From an uncultured delta proteobacterium (GTDB lineage Bacteria > Desulfobacterota > RBG-13-43-22), in assembly GCA_963843145.1 (NCBI GenBank), contig CAWJJC010000013.1, forward strand, positions 1 to 64,000: a stretch of 64,000 nucleotides of DNA. The letters are read 5' to 3'. Shown piece after piece: positions 40,493 to 48,566 of this stretch. Below the pieces are notes generated by a model, which did no database searches, was not told the DNA's origin, and saw nothing but the letters and a program-made list of their open reading frames with translations. Position 1 is the stretch's first letter. Every line of letters starts with the position of its first letter. Both the position numbers and the translations under genes were made by a program.

Positions 40493-42666
40493 TTATATTT
40501 CCTTCGTCTTCAGGTTGGCGGCAACGACTTCCGCGATATGCCTGACCTGAATCCGACTGTTTCGTTTGTCCATTCCCCCGCGAAGCTGCAGGACGCAGCC
40601 CGGACAGTCGGTTACCAATACTTCGGCGCCGGTATTTTCAACCTGATCCAGTTTCTGGCGCAGAATCTCCGATGAAATCTCGGGAAATTCCAGCGAGTAG
40701 GATCCCCGAATCCGCAGCAGACGTCTTCATCCTGGCAGGGCGCATAATCCAGGCCTGCCGTCCGCAGCAGCGCGCGCGGCTCCCGGGTCACGCCCAGGCC
40801 CCGGCACAGATGGCACGGCGAATGATAGGCCACCCGTGTTTGATTCTGAAGAAATTCCTCCGGCGTCACTTTTAGGATATTGACCATAAACGAGCTGAAA
40901 TCAATCAATTTATCGCCAAGGAGACGCAATTTCTCAGCCATTTCCGGCTTTTTGGCCAGGAGCCGCGGATACCCTTCCTTCAGGTGGGAGCCGCAGGAGG
41001 CGCAAAGCACCAGAATATAATCATAGCCCCGGGGATCCAGGGCTTCCAGATTTTGAACGGCCACCGCCGCCGCGGTTTCCTCCTCGGCCATCATCATGGC
41101 CGGCAGGCCGCAACAGCTCTGACCCAGGGGGTACTCCATCTGAACGTTGTGCGCGGAAAGAAGACGAACCAGGGCAATCGCCTGCTCCGGAGATACGAAA
41201 TCCACGACGCATCCCCCGAAGAGCGCCACTCGGTAGGCCGGATTCTGGATCTGGGGGCGGATTTTTGGCCACTGGTCTCGGAAAGGCTTTTCCGCAAGTG
41301 CCGGAAGGGTTCGAAAATCTTGGGCCTTCCCAAAAATAAAGGGGAGATGCCGCAAGAAGGCCGCGTCTTTTTGAACCAAAGGTTTTTGTAGGGTGGCGGC
41401 CAGCTTCAGCAGGGAATGGAACAGGCGGCGGTTTTTCATGACCGCGGACAGGACGATGTTTTTAGCAGGCCTGGCGCCGTCGGCTTTCAGGACCTGGGCG
41501 TACACTTTTTTGATGAGATAGGGAAGATCGATATTGACCGGACAGACGGACTTGCAGGCCTGACAGTTCAGGCAGTTTCGGACAATGGCCCGGGCGTTGT
41601 CCTTTCCATGATAAAAATAGGTCAGGATCAAGCCGATCGCCCCGATATAGACATGCCCCAGGGCATGACCCCCGACCTTTCCGTAGACCGGACAGACATT
41701 CGAGCAGGCCCCGCAACGAATACAGCGCAGGGCCTCTGAAAAAACTGGGTCTCTGGCCAGGTCCAGCCGGCCGTTATCCAGAAAAACGATGTGCAGGATT
41801 TTTTTCCCCGTGGCAGAGGCGGCGCATTCCACCGCGCCGGTAATCCAGGTAACATAAGAGGTCAGGGCCTGCCCCGTGGCGTTCTTGGGCAGGACCTTGA
41901 CGATGCGCAGCGCTGCGGAAAGATCGGGCACCAGCTTTTCCAGCCCTACCAGGGCCACATGAACCCGGGGAAGCGTGGTGGTCAACCGGGCGTTTCCTTC
42001 ATTGCTGATCAGTCCCAGGGTACCGGTTTCGGCTATGGCCAGATTGGCCCCGCTGATGCCCATGTCCGCGGCTAGAAACACCGGACGGAGCTCCTTGCGG
42101 GCTACCTTGACCATCCGGTCGATGTCTTCCAGATCAACCGGCGATTGGGTGACCTCGCCAAAAAGCGTCCCCACTTGCTGTCGGGAAAGATGAATGGCCG
42201 GCATGACCATGTGGGAAGGGCCTTCGTGCCGCAGTTGAATGATCCATTCCCCGAGATCGGTTTCGGTCACCGTCAAGCCCTCGTCTTCCAGATGGTCATT
42301 TAAATGGGTCTCTTCCGCCGTCATGGATTTGGATTTGATGATGGTTTTAACGCGGTTGTCCCGGGCGATTTTCGTGATAATCTCGTTGGCCTCCTGAGCG
42401 GTTCCGGCCAGATGGACGATGGCCCCGGCCGCTTCGGCCTTGACCTTGAATTGCTGAAACAGGCGCTCCAGTTCTGTCAAGGCCTGGTCCTTGCCTTCCG
42501 CGATCTCATCCTTTAAGGCCTCCAGGTCAATCCCCTCAAAAGCCTTGGCGCGGGATACCCGGTAGGCCGAGGCAAAATTGTCCAGGGCCTCTCGGAGAAA
42601 GGGATTTCCCAGGGCCGCTCGGATCCGATCTTTGTAGGTTTTCATATCCTGGGCGGTCTGAATCAT
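40493..42666 (-). CDS. L-lactate dehydrogenase Fe-S subunit (LutB + CCG fusion, LldH-like), frameshift near 40705
   Basis: KSKSMT, ETDLGEWIIQL, PSHMVMPAIH, two CxxCxxC motifs, CCG domains; tail DCPGCVLQL in the shifted frame after a G-run. Confidence 0.88.
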
Positions 42667-43220
42667 GACGGATCCTCCTCCAGGATAAGGATGTGCAGTT
42701 CCTGGGGGCCGTGAACGCCGATGGCCAACACCCGTTCGATGTCAGCGGTCCGGCTGGCACCGGTGATAAAGGACATATAGCCCGGCGGAGATTTCATTTT
42801 CTCCACCAGGTAGGCGGAAAGGGACGTGGCCTCGGGAATAATTCGGGAAGCCGGAATCCAGGCAATATGGGTTTCGCTGAGCATGGTGGCGATCCGCAGG
42901 TCTTCGGAACCCGAATCAAGAACCAGGGTGCCGGTCTCGGCAATACCCCAGTCGACGCCGGTCAGCGCCGTATGGATTTCAGTCAAATGATTTCTAAGCG
43001 GCGGCGGCAGAACCGCCAGTCCCGTAGCCCTGCACATCTCCTCCAGTTTTTGGCGATGGCCCGGATCTAGGCCGGGGGCGGCGATGGTTTTGCCTTTTTG
43101 ATCCAGCGTCAGATTAACGGCATAACGCAGAACGGCTTCCATTTCGCTGACCGTTGAAACCACGGCTTGCACCAAACCGGCCTTTTCCTTCATCCGGTGA
43201 ATGAGTTTATTATGATCCAT
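42663..43220 (-). CDS. Lactate utilization protein C (LutC/LldG, LUD domain)
   Basis: IAETGTLV, FITGASRTADIERVLAIGVHGP. Confidence 0.92.
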   Translation of the reverse strand: MDHNKLIHRMKEKAGLVQAVVSTVSEMEAVLRYAVNLTLDQKGKTIAAPGLDPGHRQKLEEMCRATGLAVLPPPLRNHLTEIHTALTGVDWGIAETGTLVLDSGSEDLRIATMLSETHIAWIPASRIIPEATSLSAYLVEKMKSPPGYMSFITGASRTADIERVLAIGVHGPQELHILILEEDPS

Positions 43221-43229
43221 GAATTGATC

Positions 43230-43409
43230 TTACTCTTCCGGAGCGAATCTTCCCTCTTGATATTCTGGCCACTGTTCCAGTTCCTCGCCCATACCCTCCT
43301 CGGCCAAAGCCTTCTCAAGAGCCGGATCGAGCTTAGCGCATTCCTTGGCCAGGCAGTTTCGTTCAAGTTTTTTTGGTTTTATTCCCATGGCATTCTGAAT
43401 GGCTTTATT
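43230..43409 (-). pseudogene. Second copy of the antitoxin C-terminal fragment plus a mazF N-terminal stub
   Basis: Similar to 38729-38878; LAKECAKLDP...QWPEY overlapped by MARISRGKIR. Confidence 0.55.
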
Positions 43410-44036
43410 TCAGTAGAAGAGTTGTCCGGAAACGACACGATCCGAACCGTCAAACAGGACCCCCTCCATTTCCAATAAAGCCCGCTTCATTTCCACCCCG
43501 CCCTGAAATCCGCCGAGTGTTCCGTTGGAACGAATGGCCCGGTGACAGGGGACGATGATGGGGAAAGGGTTGTGGGCCAGGGCGGTGCCGACAGCCCGGG
43601 CAGCCCGCGGGTTTCCCAGGTGCCCGGCGATCCGTTGATAGGTGCTCACCCTTCCCCGAGGAATTCCATGTTCCGCCCGCAGGACCTGCTGCTGGAACGG
43701 GGAACACAGATCGAGGCGGGCGACGTCGAGGGAGAAGCGGAGGTCTTCCCCGGCCAGGAAGGCCGCGATCCGGTCGGCCAGTGCCTCGATCTCGGCAGAC
43801 AAAAAAGCGATGGAATTCGGAAACAAGGATTTGACCGACTGATTGGCCGAAACTCCGGGCCGGGAAAGCAGGACGCGCCGGATCTTCGGCTGCCCTTGGT
43901 GGACCAACCACAGGATGGCCACCGGGCCGAAACGGGTTTCCAGAAGGTGGTGGAAGATGTGGTGGGTTATTTCTATATATTTAAACGGAGGGGTTAATTT
44001 ACTTTTGCCAACTCCTACATCAACCAAAAACTTCAC
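43410..44036 (-). CDS. ogt: Methylated-DNA-protein-cysteine methyltransferase, copy 2, starting with a DUF5615-like stub
   Basis: NPFPIIVPCHR; highly similar to copy 1; N-terminus MKFLVDVGVGK is a PIN-like toxin start. Confidence 0.85.
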   Translation of the reverse strand: MKFLVDVGVGKSKLTPPFKYIEITHHIFHHLLETRFGPVAILWLVHQGQPKIRRVLLSRPGVSANQSVKSLFPNSIAFLSAEIEALADRIAAFLAGEDLRFSLDVARLDLCSPFQQQVLRAEHGIPRGRVSTYQRIAGHLGNPRAARAVGTALAHNPFPIIVPCHRAIRSNGTLGGFQGGVEMKRALLEMEGVLFDGSDRVVSGQLFY

Positions 44037-44080
44037 AAAAGACCCCTAAGAATTCTTAGCTAATGGCATATACATCGTTC

Positions 44081-44293
44081 TTAATTGACAGGGCTGCCGC
44101 AATAAAGCAATGCGGCTTGGATGTCCTCTTTTTCCAAATCAGGATAATCATCCAGCATTTCCTGAACCGTCACCCCCCCCGCGAGTGCCTTTAGGATTTG
44201 ATCAACCGAGATTCTTAACCCCCGGATGATCGGTTTGCCCACCAGCACTTCGGGGTCCACCGTTATTCGATTTAATAGATTTTGAACCGGCAC
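44081..44293 (-). CDS. DUF433-family antitoxin
   Basis: RITVDPEVLVGKPIIRGLRISV...DYPDLEKEDIQAAL. Confidence 0.88.
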   Translation of the reverse strand: MPVQNLLNRITVDPEVLVGKPIIRGLRISVDQILKALAGGVTVQEMLDDYPDLEKEDIQAALLYCGSPVN

Positions 44294-44390
44294 CTAAATC
44301 TCCTGTTATTAGTTTTCGGATCTGGTATCGGACGAATTGCACTTATTAACGGTCTCATAATAAAACCGACTATCCCGGGGTTCTCTCACC

Positions 44391-44665
44391 GTCATTCCCG
44401 CAGCGCTTCTGGGCGGGAATCCAGCCCCTATCTGCTACGATTCTGGATCCCCGACAAAAACACTCGGGGATGACGGTCGGTGGTATGTACAGACAATTAT
44501 GAGATCCTTAATATATTATGATAAGACTTTAACCGATTTAATTCAAGTCTTTGAATTATTGCGTTAAAAGATACCGCTGGGGAAGCACTGGACCCCGGCG
44601 TTCGCCGGGGTGACGACTTTGAATGGGTTTTCCACCATCGTCATTCCGGCAAACGCCGGGATCCG
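44391..44665. repeat. Two REP-like palindromic elements
   Basis: gtcattcccg...gggaatccag/ctggatcccc...gggatgac (44391-44474) and ctggaccccggcg...gtcattccggc (44588-44665). Confidence 0.75.
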
Positions 44666-44740
44666 AACTTTTGGTATTGGCTCAATAAGAAGGCTCTTCA
44701 TAAATGACCTGTTGGGTACTGTCCCAGTTTTTAGCCGGTC

Positions 44741-44799
44741 TTGACAAAAGGATTATTAGACCCTAAAATAGGATCTAATTATTGGTACTATTTTAGGGT
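44741..44799 (+). promoter_or_regulatory. Sigma70 promoter with overlapping 12-bp inverted-repeat operator for mazEF
   Basis: TTGACA-17-TAAAAT; accctaaaatag (44760-44771) and ctattttagggt (44788-44799). Confidence 0.75.
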
Positions 44800-44820
44800 G
44801 AGGTATGGCCTGGAGGGCAT

Positions 44821-45054
44821 ATGACTCAAGTAAAACTAAGTTTTCGGGAAAGGCAGGCTAAGTTCTTAAACAATTACCAGGCCTATGGGTTTAAGGATAA
44901 AGGGGCACTGGTCCGCGCCGCCCTGGATCACTTTCAGACCGCCATAGAAAAGGAAGACCTGGAAAAATCCGCCACTCTTTATGCGGAAATCTATGCGGCC
45001 GACCCGGATCTTAAGTCCTTGACTGACTCCGCGCTGTCGGACTGGCCGGAATGA
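44821..45054 (+). CDS. RHH-type antitoxin (MazF partner)
   Basis: VKLSF...KGALVRAAL; C-terminal DWPE; ATGA overlap with the toxin. Confidence 0.8.
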   Translation: MTQVKLSFRERQAKFLNNYQAYGFKDKGALVRAALDHFQTAIEKEDLEKSATLYAEIYAADPDLKSLTDSALSDWPE

Positions 45055-45407
45055 TTAGACTTTTCAGGGGACTGGTCATTGATCTAAATCTTGACCCGGG
45101 GCGTGGGTCGGAGACCGGAAAAATCCGCCCCTGTGTCGTGGTGACCAACAATATTTATAATGAAAAAGTCCCGGTTATCCAGGTAGTGCCGATAACTTCC
45201 TGGACCCCCAAGAAAGCCCAGATAATAACCAACGTGGAAATCGCCCCGACGAAAAAAAACAATCTGACCAAAAAATCGATTGCCGATTGTCTGCAAACCC
45301 GCCCAGTAGATTATCAGTCCCGGATTAAAAGAGTTCGGGGAGAAATGGATCCGGAAATCATGGAGAAGATTAACCAAGCCCTGAAAGTGATCTTCGACTT
45401 GTTATGA
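45051..45407 (+). CDS. mazF: PemK/MazF family endoribonuclease toxin
   Basis: RG...LDPGRGSETGKIRPCVVV, VVPIT, SIADCLQTR. Confidence 0.92.
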   Translation: MIRLFRGLVIDLNLDPGRGSETGKIRPCVVVTNNIYNEKVPVIQVVPITSWTPKKAQIITNVEIAPTKKNNLTKKSIADCLQTRPVDYQSRIKRVRGEMDPEIMEKINQALKVIFDLL

Positions 45408-45519
45408 GCATTGGCGTCTTGAAGCAAACTTATCATATTTAATAGTAATTTCATATTATTAAAATTAAAACTAGATGAAACACTTTAATACAAAAATAGA
45501 TAAGGAGGTGATCCTGGGC

Positions 45520-45828
45520 ATGAAATGGACATTGACGATGATACTCTGTTTAGTGCTGGCCTTTCCCCTCTCGTTAACCTTGGGGTGCCAAAAGGCCGCC
45601 GACCAGGCCGCCGAGGTGAAGGATAAGGCGGTCAAAGAAGCCGGAGATCTAAAGGACAAGGCGGTAAAAGAGGCTACCGAGGTAAAAGACAAGGCCGTTC
45701 AAGAAGCCGGCGAATTGAAAGACAAAGCCGTTAAAGGGGCCACCGAGGTAAAAGACAAAGCAATGGAAAAGGCGGGAGAACTGAAAGACAAGGCCCTGGG
45801 GAAGACCGGCGAACCAGCTAAGAATTAG
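45520..45828 (+). CDS. Lipoprotein with six 11-aa LEA-like repeats
   Basis: RBS aaggaggtg; LTLGC lipobox; (E/D)(V/L)KDKA repeats every 11 aa. Confidence 0.8.
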   Translation: MKWTLTMILCLVLAFPLSLTLGCQKAADQAAEVKDKAVKEAGDLKDKAVKEATEVKDKAVQEAGELKDKAVKGATEVKDKAMEKAGELKDKALGKTGEPAKN

Positions 45829-45982
45829 ACGGGCCGGTATTTACAGATCGGCGCCCGGCCTTGCTACCGTCTGGGGTGTTCGAGGAGGATGTTCAGCTTA
45901 TCGGATCACACCCAGGCGGAGCAAGGCGCGGGCCAGTTCCTTTTCGCGCCTACAGCCCTGCCCTACCCCTCACCTGCGGATT

Positions 45983-46213
45983 TTATCTTTGTAGATTATA
46001 CTTGCCCCGTGGCGTTTCATCCTTGGGGCCCTTCATTTTAGCCGCTAGAAAGCCGATGACAAAACCCAGGGCCAGCAACCCCACCACCAGGATCAACAAG
46101 GGCAAGGCCAGACTCCAGAAGAAAAAGGTCAAAGATACGCTCTGTGTATTTTGAAAAACTAAAATCAAGGCTAACCCGACCAATACCAGGATGACGATCA
46201 GTTTCTTGTTCAT
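45983..46213 (-). CDS. LapA/DUF1049 family small membrane protein
   Basis: Two TM helices around FQNTQSVSLTFFFW. Confidence 0.85.
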   Translation of the reverse strand: MNKKLIVILVLVGLALILVFQNTQSVSLTFFFWSLALPLLILVVGLLALGFVIGFLAAKMKGPKDETPRGKYNLQR

Positions 46214-46292
46214 GCCGGTCCTCCTCTATTGTTAACGACTGCTTAAATTGAATGAACCCATCCGGGTGGGCTTACCCTCCCTCATCCCCGCC

Positions 46293-46670
46293 TCATTCTT
46301 TTTCTTCCCTCTTCCCGCTTCCCTCTTCCTTCTGCCGGGTCCGCGTCTTCCGGAGGCGGCGCTGCTTCTGCTTACGGATGCGGTCGGCCTCCGCTGCCTG
46401 CGGGTCTTTCCCGGTTTGGCGGGCCTCCACTTTATCGGCCAGGAGCCGCCAGGCTAAAAAACGATTCACCGCCTGAGAACGATCCTGCTGCATCTTGATT
46501 TCGATGCCGGTCGGAAGATGCCGCAGGTAGACGGCCGACGATGTTTTGTTCACTTTCTGCCCCCCCGGGCCGGCGGAACGAACGAATTTTTCGACGACCT
46601 CCTCCTCCTGAATGCTCAGGGCTTGCAATCGCTCTTCTAGTTCCTGCTGTTTTTTCGGATTAATCGGCAT
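46293..46670 (-). CDS. Codon-independent release factor-like peptidyl-tRNA hydrolase (C12orf65/ArfB-like)
   Basis: FVRSAGPGGQKVNKTSSAVYLRHLPTG, RSQAVNR, basic C-tail. Confidence 0.9.
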   Translation of the reverse strand: MPINPKKQQELEERLQALSIQEEEVVEKFVRSAGPGGQKVNKTSSAVYLRHLPTGIEIKMQQDRSQAVNRFLAWRLLADKVEARQTGKDPQAAEADRIRKQKQRRLRKTRTRQKEEGSGKREEKE

Positions 46671-46744
46671 AAAAAGTAAAATAAAGGTCGGTTTTCATGA
46701 GTGAGTGGATTTCTCGTGCCGGCTTCATAAGTCTCCTCTTCCTG

Positions 46745-47233
46745 CCCTCTCCCTCTGGGAGAGGGTTATTCTCCGGTATTTCCTTTTCCCCCGGCAGATA
46801 CCTCTCCATTCCTCCCTCTCCCTTTGGGAGAGGGTCGGGGTGAGGGAGAATGGATTTCCTGCCATATTTTCTCAAGGACCGCTTCAATCTCCCGCAGAAT
46901 CTCGTTGTTCCAAAATCGGATAACCTTTAGACCTCTATTTCTAAGAAAGTCCGTCCTCTTTTCATCACGACCCCGATCATCCCCATGCTGCCCACCGTCC
47001 ACTTCGATGACCAGTGCGGCTTCATGACAGTAAAAGTCCACGACATAAGGGAGGATGGGATGCTGCCGTCTGAATTTAAAACCTGCCAAACGGCGGCTAC
47101 GCAAGAGACCCCATAGGCGGGTTTCGGCATCCGTCTGCTGCTGTCGCAGACTACGGGCAAAATTCAGAAGGTCTTCGGGGAGAACAAGAGGACCGTGATG
47201 GCCCTCACCCTGCCCTCTCCCAGAGGGAGAGGG
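46745..47233. repeat. CCCTCTCCC-GGGAGAGGG palindromes bracketing the DUF559 core
   Basis: Copies at 46745-46765, 46814-46846 and 47202-47233. Confidence 0.8.
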
Positions 47234-47293
47234 TTCCTTAAGAGTTCGTCGGCCATTGGTCGTTTTTCTGTCCCCGCGGTTATCTTTTTTCAT
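46766..47293 (-). CDS. DUF559 (Vsr-like) endonuclease
   Basis: ARSLR...TDAE.RLW..LR, FRRQH, VDFYC, EVDGGQH, VIRFWN. Confidence 0.9.
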   Translation of the reverse strand: MKKDNRGDRKTTNGRRTLKEPSPSGRGQGEGHHGPLVLPEDLLNFARSLRQQQTDAETRLWGLLRSRRLAGFKFRRQHPILPYVVDFYCHEAALVIEVDGGQHGDDRGRDEKRTDFLRNRGLKVIRFWNNEILREIEAVLEKIWQEIHSPSPRPSPKGRGRNGEVSAGGKGNTGE

Positions 47294-48566
47294 CCCCTGG
47301 AAAGGCTTTCCTTTTTTAATAGCGGACTATCCGGCACCAATAGATAAAGGAACCCCGACAGACTCAGGCCCACGGCGCAGAGGATCCAGGCCGGGCCAAA
47401 CCCTTCCGGACCACTCAAGCCCCGAGGTCCGGTCGCCACCACCAGTCCCATGGCCTCCATGATAAAGGCCGCCCCCAGCATGGTGAAGAGGTTGATTCCG
47501 GTCATGGCCGTGGACATTACCTGCAGGGGAACCAGTTCCTTGATATGGGAGTACATGATCTGACCGGGGGCCGTAAAAAATCCCAAGGCAAAGAAAATCA
47601 GGTAGAGGCCCATGACCGGCGCCCCCCTGGACCAAACGATCAGGGATAGAAAGAGCAGGGCCGTGATAAACAATGAGGGCAGGATAACCCACTTCCGTGT
47701 TCGGACGATCTGATCGCTGAAACGCCCGGACAGGGGAAGTCCCACCATGTAACTCAGTCCCATGAAAAAAAGGGCGTTTCCCGCTTCCAGGGTGCTGAGA
47801 CCCAGGCCATTGATCAGGTAGGGACCGGCCCACAGTCCCTGCAGGGCCGTCAGGCAGCCGTAACGAAAAAAGGCCCCTATGCTGATCCACCAGTAGAAAG
47901 GGAACTTCAACACCAGCCACAACCCTTTAAGGGGATTGGCCCCGGAAGCCTTTAAACGATCCTTTTCCGGAGGATGGTCACGGACAAAAACCAGAAGGCC
48001 AGCGCCTGGAGCGGCATTGATCGAGGCGATGAGCAGGAAACTGCCCCGCCAGCCGAAGGCCCGGGCCAGCAGGGCCAGTGGTGAGCGGCGGCCAGCATGC
48101 TGCCCGCGAGAGCCAATACCCGACGAATAAACCCGCCATGGTAGCAAAGCGCTGGGCCGGAAACCAGGCGGCCAGCAGGGTCAGCATCCCCATGAGGTTG
48201 CCGCTCATCCCGATGCCTATCAGAATGCGCGCCCAGAAGGCCTGTCCGACCGTTTGGGCCAGGAGCGAAGAAAACCGCCCCGGAGAGGCCCGCCAGACGT
48301 TCAGTGCGACTATCACCGCCCGGGTGACCGATCAAATCCAGGGCCATGCCGATGGGGAATCTGGCTGAGGGCGAAGGCATAGAAAAAGGCGGCCGATAAC
48401 TGGCCGAGCTGGACGGGTATTCAGATTCAAGTCGCAGGGTCAATTCCGGACTGATCACGGTGATCGACATGCGGTAAAACATGGAAAGCACAAACCCCAG
48501 ACTGCCGATCCAGAAAATGGCCCAGGCCCGCCGGGAAATTTCTCGGGAGGTCGACGGATTCAACAT
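47290..48566 (-). CDS. MFS transporter split over several frames in its 5' third
   Basis: TM segments in three ORFs (47952-48566, 47978-48316, 47290-48147); ALQGLWAGPYL; TAATG overlap with mutS2. Confidence 0.75.

Noticed and set aside
38729-43984. ogt repeats as a DGR template/variable pair
   Set aside because: Differences are not confined to adenines, both copies are coding, and no reverse transcriptase is present.
43410-44036. Novel PIN-Ogt fusion protein
   Set aside because: Only about 11 residues of the DUF5615-like toxin remain; this is a junction, not a domain fusion.
45600-45800. Regularly spaced repeats as a CRISPR array
   Set aside because: Contiguous 33-bp coding repeats with no unique spacers and no cas genes.
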